The translations under genes and the position numbers were made by a program. A model generated the notes under the pieces. The model worked only from the letters and a program-made list of their open reading frames with translations, did not search any database and had not been told where the DNA came from. Below, piece after piece: positions 38,785 to 48,669 of a stretch of 64,000 nucleotides of DNA; position 1 is the stretch's first letter, and each line of letters opens with the position of its first letter. This DNA comes from Actinomycetota bacterium. GTDB lineage: Bacteria; Actinomycetota; UBA4738; HRBIN12. Location: NCBI GenBank assembly GCA_036257835.1, contig DATAEU010000033.1, positions 1,198 to 65,197 of the forward strand. Direction: 5' to 3'.

Positions 38785-39848
38785 CCGATCCGCCCGACCC
38801 CCGCGCGAACCCGTCGACGCCGCTGCTCGCGGTCGAGGACCTCACGGTCCACTTCCCCATCACCAAGGGGGTCGTCGCGCGGCGCCGGATCGGCACGGTT
38901 CGCGCGGTCGACGGCGTGACGCTCGCGGTCGGCGAGCACGAGACCCTCGGCCTGGTCGGCGAATCGGGGTCGGGCAAGACGACGCTCGGCAGGGCGATCG
39001 TCGGGCTGTACCGGCCGACCTCGGGATCGATCCGGTTCCGCGGTCGGGAGCTGACCGACGACGTCCGCGAGCGCGAGCGGGGTCAGCTCCAGATGGTCTT
39101 CCAGGATCCGGTTGCCTCTCTCGACCCGAGGTGGACGATCGCGCGGAGCGTCGACGAGCCGCTCCGGCTGAGCGGGATCCGCGATCGGGCCGAGCGGCGG
39201 CGCCGGGTGACCGAGCTGCTCGAGGTGGTCGGGCTGCCGGCGCGGTTCGCCCGGCGGTACCCGCACGAGCTCTCGGGCGGACAACGTCAGCGCGTCGGGG
39301 TCGCACGGGCGCTCGCGCTGCGACCCGCCCTCGTCGTCGCGGACGAGGCCGTCAGCGCGCTCGACGTGTCGGTGCGAGCGCAGATCCTCAACCTGCTCGA
39401 ACGGCTCCAGCGCGAGTTCGGCCTGGCGTACGTGTTCATCGCGCACGACCTCGGCGTGGTCGAGCACATCAGCGACCGCGTCGCGGTGATGTACCTAGGG
39501 CGGATCGTCGAGCTCGCGCCGACCGATGCGCTCTTCACGGATCCGCTCCATCCGTACACGGTGTCGCTGCTGTCGGCGATCCCCGTCCCCGATCCGCGGG
39601 TGGAGGCCGCGCGCGAACGGATCGTCCTGAAGGGCGACCCGCCGAACCCCGCCGATCCGCCCTCCGGGTGTCGGTTCCACACGCGCTGCTGGCTGCGCGA
39701 GCGGCTCGACGACCCGATCGTGTGCCGGACCGACGATCCGCCGCTCCGGCAGCTCGGCGACGGCCACGTCGCCGCGTGCCACTTCGCCGAGCAGCTCCGG
39801 GGATCGCCCGAGCAGGATCAGGCGGCAAGCGCGGGCACGACGTCGTGA
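38781..39848 (+). CDS. ABC transporter ATP-binding protein (DppF-type)
   Basis: GESGSGKTT, LSGGQRQR, GTGA overlap. Confidence 0.9.
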   Translation: MTDPPDPRANPSTPLLAVEDLTVHFPITKGVVARRRIGTVRAVDGVTLAVGEHETLGLVGESGSGKTTLGRAIVGLYRPTSGSIRFRGRELTDDVRERERGQLQMVFQDPVASLDPRWTIARSVDEPLRLSGIRDRAERRRRVTELLEVVGLPARFARRYPHELSGGQRQRVGVARALALRPALVVADEAVSALDVSVRAQILNLLERLQREFGLAYVFIAHDLGVVEHISDRVAVMYLGRIVELAPTDALFTDPLHPYTVSLLSAIPVPDPRVEAARERIVLKGDPPNPADPPSGCRFHTRCWLRERLDDPIVCRTDDPPLRQLGDGHVAACHFAEQLRGSPEQDQAASAGTTS

Positions 39849-40492
39849 ACGCCGCGGTCGCATCCACGCGTGAGCGGATCCTCTACGAGGCCTCGCAGCT
39901 GTTCGCCCGGCAGGGCTTCCACGCGACGACGACGCGCGAGATCGCGAAGGCCGTCGGCATCCGGCAGCCGTCGCTGTTCCACCATTTCGCCTCGAAGGAC
40001 GCGATCCTGCAGGCGCTGCTGGCTTCGGACCTCGACGTCGCCCTGCCGGCGGTTCGCCGCCTGGCGCGCGAGCACGGCCCCGCCGGCCTCCGCCTCTATC
40101 GGTACGTCCGCGACGACGTCGAGCACCTCGCGCGCGCGCCGTACAACCTCGCCGGGCTGTACACCGAGGAGGTGATCGGTAGCGACGCGTTCGTCGCGTG
40201 GGCCGGGAAGCGTGCCGCACTGCACGCGAGCGTCGAGCGGATGGTGTGCGACGGCATGGAGTCCGGCGAGTTTGTCTCGATGCCGTCGGCGTTGGTCCGC
40301 GAGGCGATCGCCGGCATCCTCGTGCGGACCCTGACGCTGTACAGCGGCGGTCGGCGCAGCTCGGCGGCGCTCGGCGACGACGTGGCCGCGTTCGTCCTGC
40401 GCGGTCTGCTGGCCGATCCCGGCGCGCTCGGCGAGATCCGGCGGGCGGCGGCCGCGGAGCCTCAGTCGATGCCGGCGTCGAACGGCTCGTAG
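39845..40492 (+). CDS. TetR/AcrR family transcriptional regulator
   Basis: GTGA overlap with the dppF stop. HTH at TTTREIAKAVGIRQPSLFHHF. Confidence 0.75.
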   Translation: MNAAVASTRERILYEASQLFARQGFHATTTREIAKAVGIRQPSLFHHFASKDAILQALLASDLDVALPAVRRLAREHGPAGLRLYRYVRDDVEHLARAPYNLAGLYTEEVIGSDAFVAWAGKRAALHASVERMVCDGMESGEFVSMPSALVREAIAGILVRTLTLYSGGRRSSAALGDDVAAFVLRGLLADPGALGEIRRAAAAEPQSMPASNGS

Positions 40493-41868
40493 CCGGGGGC
40501 GGCGAGCGGCCGCGGGTTCGCCCGTTCCCACGCGCCGGCGACGTCGAGCAGCAGGTCGTCGCGGAACCGCGGGCCGGTGATCTGCAGCCCGAACGGCACC
40601 CCGTTCGAGCAGACGCCGGCCGGCATCGAGATCGCGGGGCTGCCGGTGATGTTCTGGACGGCGGTGTTGTAGACCTCGGCGGGAACGCCGGTGCGCTCGG
40701 GGCCCGGCATCCACCCCTCGGCGAGCCACCCGGTGGCGGCGAGCGTCGGCGTCGCGATCACCGCGTCGTCGCCGAGCAGCTCGTCGAGCTCGCGGACGTA
40801 CTCGAACCTGCGCCGCCGCGCCGAGAGGTATTCGTCGAGCGACGTGGCGAGCCCGACCTCGAAGAACGCACGCACCGCGGGGTGCATCCGCTCGATGCCC
40901 CGCTCGACGAACGCGCGCCCGAGCTGCGACAGGTGCTCGACCGAGCAGAGGACGAACCAGTCGGTGTCCGGATTGCCCGTCGCGAACAATGACTCGGGCT
41001 CGAGCGCCTCGACCGCCACGCCGAGCGCCCCCTCGAGCGCGCGAAGCGCGGTGTCGAACAGCCGTCCGATCTCCTCCGACAGCGGTCCCCACGGCGTGAA
41101 CCGTGGCGCGGCGAAGGCGCGCGACGGTCTGCGGTCGCCGGCCCGCGGCGACGGCCACGCGGGGAGCGCGCTCGGATCACCCGCGGCCGGCCCGGCCTCG
41201 ACCTCGAGCAGGAGCCGCAGGTCCTCGACGGTGGTCGCGAACGGCCCGTCGGTCGAGAGGTCGATCCACGAGGGGATCGGGCTGCGCCCGACGACGCCGT
41301 TGGTCGGCTTGATGCCGACGAGACCGCAGAACGCCGCCGGGATCCGGATCGAGCCGCCGCCGTCGGTCGCCGTCGCGATCGGCGCGAGCCCGGCGGCGAC
41401 GGCCGCACCCGAGCCGCCGGAGGAGCCGCCCGGCGACCAGTCGAGCGACCACGGGTTCCGGGTGGTTCCCCACAGCAGGTTCGAGGTGAATCCCTCGACC
41501 GCGAACTCCGGCGTGTTGGTCTTGCCGACCGGGATCGCGCCGGCCGCGCGGAGCCGTCCGGGGACCAGGCCGTCCCGCTCCGCCGCCGGCGCGTCGGCGA
41601 ACAGGAGCGAGCCGAACGTGGTCGGCGACCCGGCCAGGTCCTCGATGTCCTTGACCAGGAACGGCACGCCAGCCAGTCGCCCCACGTCGTCGCCGCGGGC
41701 GACGCGCTCGTCGAGCGCGGCCGCCCGCTCGACCGCCTCGTCCCCGACCACGTGCACGACGGCGTTCAGCGCCCCACCGTGCTCGTCGATGCGCTCGAGC
41801 GCGCGCTCGACGAGCTCGCGCGCGGCCACGCGCTTGGAGCGGACGGCGTCGGCCAGCTCCCCGATCAC
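40462..41868 (-). CDS. Amidase (amidase-signature family)
   Basis: GTG 41868 after GGAGGA. The GGSSGGSGAAVA...GGSIRIPA signature is present. The ATG at 41934 lacks an RBS and leaves only 19 nt to the divergent gene. Confidence 0.8.
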   Translation of the reverse strand: MIGELADAVRSKRVAARELVERALERIDEHGGALNAVVHVVGDEAVERAAALDERVARGDDVGRLAGVPFLVKDIEDLAGSPTTFGSLLFADAPAAERDGLVPGRLRAAGAIPVGKTNTPEFAVEGFTSNLLWGTTRNPWSLDWSPGGSSGGSGAAVAAGLAPIATATDGGGSIRIPAAFCGLVGIKPTNGVVGRSPIPSWIDLSTDGPFATTVEDLRLLLEVEAGPAAGDPSALPAWPSPRAGDRRPSRAFAAPRFTPWGPLSEEIGRLFDTALRALEGALGVAVEALEPESLFATGNPDTDWFVLCSVEHLSQLGRAFVERGIERMHPAVRAFFEVGLATSLDEYLSARRRRFEYVRELDELLGDDAVIATPTLAATGWLAEGWMPGPERTGVPAEVYNTAVQNITGSPAISMPAGVCSNGVPFGLQITGPRFRDDLLLDVAGAWERANPRPLAAPGYEPFDAGID

Positions 41869-41953
41869 GGCCCGTATCCTCCACGACGTCGCGCCGGGCC
41901 ACCAACCGGTGTGTCGCAGGTTGAGAGGAACCATCGCGATCGGAGGTGATCCG

Positions 41954-44518
41954 ATGCCCGGCCGCATCCGCATCGTCGTGAACGGCATCGAGCGGGTCGT
42001 TCCCGCCCAGCCGGAACGAAGCCTCCTCCACGTCCTGCGCGAGGAGCTCGACATCACCGGTGCGAAGTACGGATGTGGCGAGGGCGCCTGCGGCGCGTGC
42101 ACGGTGCTGGTCGACGACCGGCCGGTTCGCTCGTGCACGACGCGGCTAGCCGACGTCGGCGACCGGGCGGTCACGACGGTCGAGGGTCTCGGCGCCGACG
42201 GACGGCTCGATGCCCTCGTCGGCGCGTTCCTCGACGAGGGCGCCATGCAGTGCGGCTTCTGCACGCCCGGGATGGCGGTCGCCGCGACGGCGCTGCTCGC
42301 CGAGACCCGCGACCCGAGCGACGAGGCGATCGCGGCCGCGCTCGACGGCAACGTCTGCCGATGCGGCACATACTCGCGGATCGCGCGGGCGATCCGCCGT
42401 GCCGCGGCGGGCGCGGCGACGGAACTCGACACGCTCGAACCGGCCGTCGCGTCCCTCGACCTCGCTCGCCCGCGCGCGCCGTGGAGCCTGACCGATGCGC
42501 GCGAGCGCGACTACTTCGACGTCCTGCCGGCGGGGCTCGTCGTCGTGCTCGATCCCGGCGAGGACGACGGGACGACGTGGTCGACGACGCGGGACGCGTG
42601 GATCCACGTCGGCGCCGTCGGGACGGTGACAGCGTTCACGGGCAAGATCAACGTCGGGCAGGACAACCGCACGGCGCTCCGGCTGATCGTGGCCGACGAG
42701 CTCGGCGCGCCGCTCGACCGGGTGCGGCTCGTCATGGGCGATACCGACGTGTGTCCGTTCGACATGGGGACGTTCGGGAGCCGTTCGATGCCCGACGCCG
42801 GCCGGGTCCTGCGTCGAACCGCGTCGGCGGCACGGCGTGTGCTGCTCGAGGCGGCATCCGAACGATTAAACGTCGACGCCGAACGGCTCGACGCCTCGGA
42901 TGGCGCGGTGCGCGACATGCCGAGCGGGCGGTCGGTCGCGTTCGGCGATCTCGTCGCCCGCGAGCACCGGGTCGTGGTCGTTGCCGAGGCGGACGTCGAG
43001 CCTCGGGGCGCCGTCTCGCGACGCTCGCCCCGGCGCCACGGAACGGCGGACACCGTGACCGGCGCTCGCCGCTATGCCGCGGATCTGTCGAGGCCCCGCC
43101 TACGACACGGCGCGATCCTGCGTCCGCCCGCCTTCGGCTCGACGCTCCGATCGATCGAGACCGACGAGGCCGAGGCGATCCCCGGCGTGACGATCGTGCT
43201 CGACGAGGACCTCGTCGCCGCCGTCGCCGCCGATCCGGTCTCGGCGACGAGCGCCGTCCGCGCGATCCGCGCCGAATGGAACCCGCCCCCGCTGCAGCCG
43301 TCGGACGAAGACCTCTCCGAGCATCTCCGGTCGCATCCCGCCGATGCGCAGGGCTGGGGCGGCGGGTTCCGCCAGGAGGCCGGCGACGTCGATCAGGCGC
43401 TCGCGGAGGCCGAGGTCCGTCTCGAGGCCACGTACACGACGGCGTACATCGCGCACGTCCCGCTCGAGACGCGGGTGGCCCTCGCCGAGTGGGAGGGGGA
43501 CCGCCTCACGGTGTGGACGGGCACGCAGCGTCCGTTCGGCATCCGCTGGGAGGTCGCGGAGGCACTCGGCGTGCCGGAGGCCGACGTGCGCGTGATCGTT
43601 CCGGATGCGGGCGGCGGCTACGGCGGCAAGCACAGCGGCGAGGTCGCGATCGAGGCGGCGCGGCTGGCTCGAGCCGTGAGCGCGCCTGTGATGGTGCGGT
43701 GGAGCCGGGAGGAAGAGTTCACATGGGGGTACTTCCGTCCCGCCGCGGTGATCGACGTGGCGGCGGGCGCGCGCGGCGGCGTCCTCACGGCGTGGTCGTT
43801 CACGAACATCAACGCCGGCGCCGCCGGCATCGAGTCGCCGTACACCGCGCCGCACCGACGGATCGAGTTCCAGCCGGCGGAGTCGCCCCTGCGTCAGGGG
43901 TCGTACCGGGCGCTGGCCGCGACGGCGAACCACTTCGCGCGTGAGTCACACATCGACGAGCTCGCGCACCGGCTCGGCGCCGACCCGGTCGAGTTCCGAC
44001 TCCATCACCTCGTGGACGAGCGGCTCGTGGAGGTCCTGCGCGCGGCCGCGGACCGGGCAGGATGGAGGACCGGCAACGCGGCGCTCGGGATCGCGTGCGG
44101 CGTCGAGAAAGACTGCTACGTGGCGACGTGCGCCCGGGTTCGCCTCGACGACGACCGGCTGCGGATCGAACGGATCGTCACGGCCGTCGACTGCGGCGCG
44201 ATCGTCGATCGCGACGGCCTGGTCAACCAGGTCGAGGGCGCGACCGTGATGGGTCTCGGCGGCGCGCTCACCGAAGCGATCCGCTTCGCAGACGGCCGGA
44301 TCACTGATCCGTGTCTCTCGCGGTATCCGGTGCCGCGGTTTACCGATGTGCCGCCGATCGAGGTGGTCCCGCTCGACCGTCCCGACATCTCGTCGGCCGG
44401 AGCCGGCGAGACGCCGATCGTCGCGGTGGCTCCGGCGATTGCCAACGCGATCTTCTCGGCGTCCGGTATCCGGATCCGGTCGATGCCCCTCGCGCCCGAT
44501 GGAACCATCACGCGCTAA
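41954..44518 (+). CDS. Single-polypeptide (2Fe-2S)-binding plus molybdopterin-binding oxidoreductase (xanthine dehydrogenase/aldehyde oxidase family, IorAB-like fusion)
   Basis: RBS GGAGGTG. N-terminus has GCGEGACGACTV and CGFCTPGM...CRCGTY (two 2Fe-2S clusters). The remaining ~700 aa form a MoCo large-subunit fold. There is no FAD subunit. Confidence 0.8.
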   Translation: MPGRIRIVVNGIERVVPAQPERSLLHVLREELDITGAKYGCGEGACGACTVLVDDRPVRSCTTRLADVGDRAVTTVEGLGADGRLDALVGAFLDEGAMQCGFCTPGMAVAATALLAETRDPSDEAIAAALDGNVCRCGTYSRIARAIRRAAAGAATELDTLEPAVASLDLARPRAPWSLTDARERDYFDVLPAGLVVVLDPGEDDGTTWSTTRDAWIHVGAVGTVTAFTGKINVGQDNRTALRLIVADELGAPLDRVRLVMGDTDVCPFDMGTFGSRSMPDAGRVLRRTASAARRVLLEAASERLNVDAERLDASDGAVRDMPSGRSVAFGDLVAREHRVVVVAEADVEPRGAVSRRSPRRHGTADTVTGARRYAADLSRPRLRHGAILRPPAFGSTLRSIETDEAEAIPGVTIVLDEDLVAAVAADPVSATSAVRAIRAEWNPPPLQPSDEDLSEHLRSHPADAQGWGGGFRQEAGDVDQALAEAEVRLEATYTTAYIAHVPLETRVALAEWEGDRLTVWTGTQRPFGIRWEVAEALGVPEADVRVIVPDAGGGYGGKHSGEVAIEAARLARAVSAPVMVRWSREEEFTWGYFRPAAVIDVAAGARGGVLTAWSFTNINAGAAGIESPYTAPHRRIEFQPAESPLRQGSYRALAATANHFARESHIDELAHRLGADPVEFRLHHLVDERLVEVLRAAADRAGWRTGNAALGIACGVEKDCYVATCARVRLDDDRLRIERIVTAVDCGAIVDRDGLVNQVEGATVMGLGGALTEAIRFADGRITDPCLSRYPVPRFTDVPPIEVVPLDRPDISSAGAGETPIVAVAPAIANAIFSASGIRIRSMPLAPDGTITR

Positions 44519-44606
44519 CGCTGCGGGTGTATCGAGCGCCCAGGCAGAGGCAAACGCGATCGCTGGCTGGATTACGCGATCCGCCGGATCGTCTGCGCGA
44601 GATCGC

Positions 44607-45203
44607 TCACGTCGACGCGTCGCCCGTTCGAGCGAGAACCGAGTCCAGTGCCGTGCGGAACGACCGGGGGTCCAGGCGGCCGGCGACGATGTAACTGATC
44701 CGTTGATCGGGTCCGATGATGTACGTCATCGGCAGCCCGACGATTCCGAACGCATCGCCGAGCGAGCCGCTGGCATCCACGACGCTTGGGTACGGGAACC
44801 CGAACGACCGCTCCGCGGACAGCGCCGGTTCCGTCCTGTCCACGTAGTCGACCCCTACGAACCGGACGCCGCGGTCCCTGTACGACCGCGATAGCGAGTC
44901 CAGGCTGGACGCCTCGGTCCGGCAGGCGCGGCACCACGAGCGCCAGAAGTTCACGACAACCACCGAGCCGCGGAACGACGCGAGCGAGACCGTCCCGGTG
45001 CCGCGCAGGAGCGGACGCGAGAACGCGGGGGCCGGGCGGTCGACGGCGACGGGTCGACCGGGAACGATCCGACCCGTTTCGGCGCGACGTCCGGGGTCGA
45101 TCGAGGCGATCGTCCATATGACGGCGAGAGCAGCGGCGCCGATCGCGACGGCAACGAGCGGGCGCGCTCTCGAACGCGGCGAGGCCGCCGGCGCGTCAGC
45201 CAC
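44607..45203 (-). CDS. TlpA/ResA-like thiol:disulfide oxidoreductase (redoxin), membrane-anchored
   Basis: Thioredoxin fold with a WCRAC active site (VVNFWRSWCRAC). Confidence 0.7.
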   Translation of the reverse strand: MADAPAASPRSRARPLVAVAIGAAALAVIWTIASIDPGRRAETGRIVPGRPVAVDRPAPAFSRPLLRGTGTVSLASFRGSVVVVNFWRSWCRACRTEASSLDSLSRSYRDRGVRFVGVDYVDRTEPALSAERSFGFPYPSVVDASGSLGDAFGIVGLPMTYIIGPDQRISYIVAGRLDPRSFRTALDSVLARTGDAST

Positions 45204-46074
45204 GCGTTGCCTCCGTCACGCTGACGGGCCGCGTTCGAAGGTCCGCGCGGCGAGCCTCCGCGTCGTCGAACTTCATCCACGCGATGAGCGCCAGCGACAG
45301 CGCGATCACACCACCCAGCATCGAGCTCTCCCACATCAGGGCACCGGCCAGGCGCTGGTCGGCGAGCGCCCCCGCGACGGAGCCGGCGGACACGACGTAA
45401 TGCGGGTACAGAACGCGATCCGCCGAGGAGATCACGAACCCGAGCAGCGACATGACCGGCATCGCCAGAAAGAGATAGAACAAGCGGCCCGGGTACGACA
45501 GCCTGCGAGCCCCCGGGTCCCTCGCCACGACCGGCCACCAGAAGAGACACGCGGTCACGAGGTACGCCACGTGTTCGACGGCGTGGAGCCGCTCGTCCGT
45601 GAGCGTCGCCTCGTAGAACGACGACATGTGCGACCACCACAGAACGAGCGCGAAGGACGCGAATCCGAACACCGGCGCGGCGACGCATCGCGCGACCCGC
45701 GTCCTCGCGAGCCGCACGAGCATGCCGCTCGTTCGTGCCGACGTCGCAGCGTGGGCCAGCGTCAGCGGGCGGCCGAGGAGAAGCAAAGGCGGCGCGACGA
45801 GGGTGAGGACAAGGTGCTGCACCATGTGGACGGCGAGCGACTCGTCCGCCAGCGCGTCGAGCGGCGAGCAGAGAGCGACGAGAACGAGGGCAAGGCCGCC
45901 GAGGAAACAGACGGCCTCGGGCGTCCAGCTTCGGGACGGCGTGCGTCGCCGGGCCGCGACGACGCCTCGGAGATAGGCGACCGCGGTCAGGCCGATCGGG
46001 AGGACGACGGCGGGCGGGAAAGTCCACCGGAAGACAACAGGCGGCAGAACGGCCACGATCCCGGATCCGACCAT
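45196..46074 (-). CDS. ctaG: Cytochrome c oxidase assembly factor CtaG (Caa3_CtaG family)
   Basis: ATG 46074 after GGAGGT. Polytopic membrane protein with conserved HMVQH...WW motifs. Confidence 0.7.
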   Translation of the reverse strand: MVGSGIVAVLPPVVFRWTFPPAVVLPIGLTAVAYLRGVVAARRRTPSRSWTPEAVCFLGGLALVLVALCSPLDALADESLAVHMVQHLVLTLVAPPLLLLGRPLTLAHAATSARTSGMLVRLARTRVARCVAAPVFGFASFALVLWWSHMSSFYEATLTDERLHAVEHVAYLVTACLFWWPVVARDPGARRLSYPGRLFYLFLAMPVMSLLGFVISSADRVLYPHYVVSAGSVAGALADQRLAGALMWESSMLGGVIALSLALIAWMKFDDAEARRADLRTRPVSVTEATRG

Positions 46075-46078
46075 CGGA

Positions 46079-47248
46079 TCAGACCTCCGAACCGCTCCGC
46101 GCGACCGCGGCGACCGAACCTGTCGGGGCGGCCGGCTCCTTCGATGCAGCCGGTTCGGCGCCGCGCAGCCGGGTCCTTTCGCCGGCGGCCGGTGGCTGCG
46201 CTGCCGGCGCCATCGGAATGGACAGCTCGAACGCGCTCCCCGCCCCGATCGAGCTCGTGACGCCGACCCGACCGCCATGCGACTCGACCACGCTCTTCAC
46301 GAACGACAACCCGAGCCCGATCCCGCCCGTGCGCCGCTCGGCGTCGGCGTCCGCCCGCGCGAACCGTTCGAAGATGCGGTTGCGATCCGCCGGCGGGATG
46401 CCCGTCCCCGTGTCGGAGACGACGACGAGGGCCGAGCCGGCGGAGGCGCGCACCTCGAGCGTGATGCGATCATCGGGCTCGGTGTGCGTGACCGCGTTCT
46501 GCACGAGCTCGTCGAGCGCCATCTGGAGCTGATCCGCGTCCCCGATCACGGTGGCGCTGTCGAGCCGGCCGATACCCCACCGTCTCGGCGTCACCATCCA
46601 CCGGCGCACGGTCTCGGCGACCATGACGTCGATGTGCACGTCCGACGACTCGTGCGGTGGCCCGTCCTCGGCGCCGACGATCTGCAGGAGCAGCTCGGCG
46701 AGGCGCCGAAGACGTTCCAGCTCGTCGACGATGACCCGGGCGTCCTCGCCGGCGGGATCGTCGGGGTCGTCGCGACGGGCGATCAACTCCGCGTGACCGA
46801 GGGCGATCGTGATCGGCGTACGCAGCTGATGGGACGCATCCTGGATGAAGCGCTTCTCGCGGTCGAGCAGCCGCCGGTTGTCGTCGGAGATCCGTTGAAC
46901 GTCGGCCGTCGCGCTCAAGCGGCGTCGCGCGTGCCACACCATCGCGACGAACATGCAGGCCATGAGCGGGACCTCCGTGAGCTCGTCGGCCGGCTGCGCA
47001 TGATCAGCGACCTCACTCCACAGGACGATCCCCGTGAGGACGATGACGCCCGCCAGCGTCCACGCCGTCCGGCCGGTTCGCCACACGCGAAAGCCGTAGA
47101 CGATCGTCAGACTCAACCAGATGAAATGGAACGGGACGGTCTCCCATCGGGGGAACACGAGCATCGCGACGAGGTTGGCAAGGGCGAATAGCGCCCATGC
47201 GACATCGAGCAGACGGTCGCGGAACGGCCAGCGGTCAGCCCGTTGCAT
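46079..47248 (-). CDS. Two-component sensor histidine kinase
   Basis: N-terminal TM helices. H-box ASHQLRTPIT. HATPase_c motifs (N, G1 DTGTGI, G2 GGIGLGL). Confidence 0.85.
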   Translation of the reverse strand: MQRADRWPFRDRLLDVAWALFALANLVAMLVFPRWETVPFHFIWLSLTIVYGFRVWRTGRTAWTLAGVIVLTGIVLWSEVADHAQPADELTEVPLMACMFVAMVWHARRRLSATADVQRISDDNRRLLDREKRFIQDASHQLRTPITIALGHAELIARRDDPDDPAGEDARVIVDELERLRRLAELLLQIVGAEDGPPHESSDVHIDVMVAETVRRWMVTPRRWGIGRLDSATVIGDADQLQMALDELVQNAVTHTEPDDRITLEVRASAGSALVVVSDTGTGIPPADRNRIFERFARADADAERRTGGIGLGLSFVKSVVESHGGRVGVTSSIGAGSAFELSIPMAPAAQPPAAGERTRLRGAEPAASKEPAAPTGSVAAVARSGSEV

Positions 47249-48041
47249 CGATGCGATATCCCTCGCCGCGGACCGTCCTCACGATGTCATCGCCGAGCTT
47301 CGCGCGCAGCCGCCGAACGTACACGTCGACGACGTTGGACCCCGGATCGTGGGACAGTCCCCACACCGACGAGAGCAGGCGCTCCTTCGAGACCGTTCGG
47401 CCGACGTTCTTGGCGAGCTCGCGCAAGAGGAGGAACTCGCGCCGCGAGAGTGGCACGGGCCCCGAGCCGGCGTCGACCTCCTGGCGCTCGACGTCGATCC
47501 TGGCGCCGGCGACGAAGGAGGCGTCGTCTGCCGAGCGCCCGCTCGACAGTGATTCGTAGCGGCGCCCGACGCGGACGCGAGCTCGGACGCGCGCGAGCAG
47601 TTCGTCCAGGGAGAACGGCTTCGTCAGATAGTCGTCGGCCCCGAGGTTGAAGCACATGACCTTGGAATCGATGTCGCCGCGGGCCGACAGCACGAGCACG
47701 GGCTGCTGCGGGCGTCGAGCGACCAGCTCCTGCAACGCTTCGACGCCGGTCAGCCCGGGCATGGCTAGGTCGAGGATCACCAGATCATAGGCGGACGCGG
47801 CTGCCATCCTGACCGCGGTGGCCGCATCGGAGACCGCGTCGGCCGCGAAGCCCTCGGCGCGCAGCGCACGGCCGACGAAATCCAGGATGCGGCTCTCGTC
47901 GTCCACGACGAGGATCCGTGCCCCGACCCGTTCCTGGACCTGCGTTGTGACCAACCCCCGACAGCCGATCCGCAGAAAACCGCAGCCTATACCCGGTCGG
48001 CGACCTTCTGTAGATGACACGGTCGTCATCCGGCCGGCCAC
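47235..48041 (-). CDS. OmpR-family response regulator (start uncertain; a TTG or the internal ATG at 48029 are possible)
   Basis: Receiver ARILVVDDE...DLVILDLAMP, and a winged-helix C-terminus (YVRRLRAKL). Confidence 0.8.
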   Translation of the reverse strand: MAGRMTTVSSTEGRRPGIGCGFLRIGCRGLVTTQVQERVGARILVVDDESRILDFVGRALRAEGFAADAVSDAATAVRMAAASAYDLVILDLAMPGLTGVEALQELVARRPQQPVLVLSARGDIDSKVMCFNLGADDYLTKPFSLDELLARVRARVRVGRRYESLSSGRSADDASFVAGARIDVERQEVDAGSGPVPLSRREFLLLRELAKNVGRTVSKERLLSSVWGLSHDPGSNVVDVYVRRLRAKLGDDIVRTVRGEGYRIDATG

Positions 48042-48149
48042 CAGGCACGCCGCCGGATTACAGTCCGTTCATCTTCGCGACCGAGGGGTCGCGCGTCCCG
48101 CCGCCGGCGGTATATGCAAGCACGGAACGCCGTCTTGAAGGAGGCTCTG

Positions 48150-48662
48150 TTGCCTGGTTTGCCGCGCCGCCGGTTCGGATCTCGCTCCGTGGCCCTCGCC
48201 GCGGTCGCGACGCTCGTCGTCCTCGTGACGCCTGCCTGCTCGAGCAACAACAACGACTCGTCGTCGACGCCCTCGCCGGACGCGACGATCTTCGTCCAGA
48301 AGTTCCGATATCACGGGATGCCCAGCACGATGTCCTCGGGCGTCCACGAGTTCCTGTTCGAGAACAAGGAGTCCTTCACGATCACGCACGAGATGATCCC
48401 GATCGCCCTGCCGGCGGGCAAGACGGCGCAGGACGTCATCGACGGCGCGAAGGCCAACGGGCCGGACGACGAGGACAACTGGCTGCACATCGGCGGCGAC
48501 TTCGGTCCGGCCGACACGGGCGCAAGCGTGGTGGAATGGCTGGACCTACCGCCGGGCAACTACGCCATCGCGTGCTGGCAGACCGGCCTGCCGAACAACC
48601 CGACGAAGGAGGGTCCGCCGCACGCGGCCAAGGGCATGGTGTTCGGCTTCAAGGTCACTTGA
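48150..48662 (+). CDS. Secreted lipoprotein with HxM pairs, a candidate periplasmic copper-handling protein
   Basis: TTG 48150 after GAAGGAGG. Lipobox LVTPAC. HGM and HEM motifs. It sits immediately upstream of ctaC. The function is speculative. Confidence 0.45.
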   Translation: MPGLPRRRFGSRSVALAAVATLVVLVTPACSSNNNDSSSTPSPDATIFVQKFRYHGMPSTMSSGVHEFLFENKESFTITHEMIPIALPAGKTAQDVIDGAKANGPDDEDNWLHIGGDFGPADTGASVVEWLDLPPGNYAIACWQTGLPNNPTKEGPPHAAKGMVFGFKVT

Positions 48663-48669
48663 TCGCCGC

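Noticed and set aside
41869-41934. ATG 41934 as the amidase start
   Set aside because: It has no RBS and would leave only 19 nt to the divergent start. GTG 41868, with a GGAGGA box, gives a conventional amidase N-terminus.
40691-41953. N-terminal 421 codons of the 1275-aa plus-strand ORF 40691..44518
   Set aside because: This part is antisense to the well-supported amidase gene. The Mo-oxidoreductase starts at ATG 41954, which has a GGAGGTG RBS.
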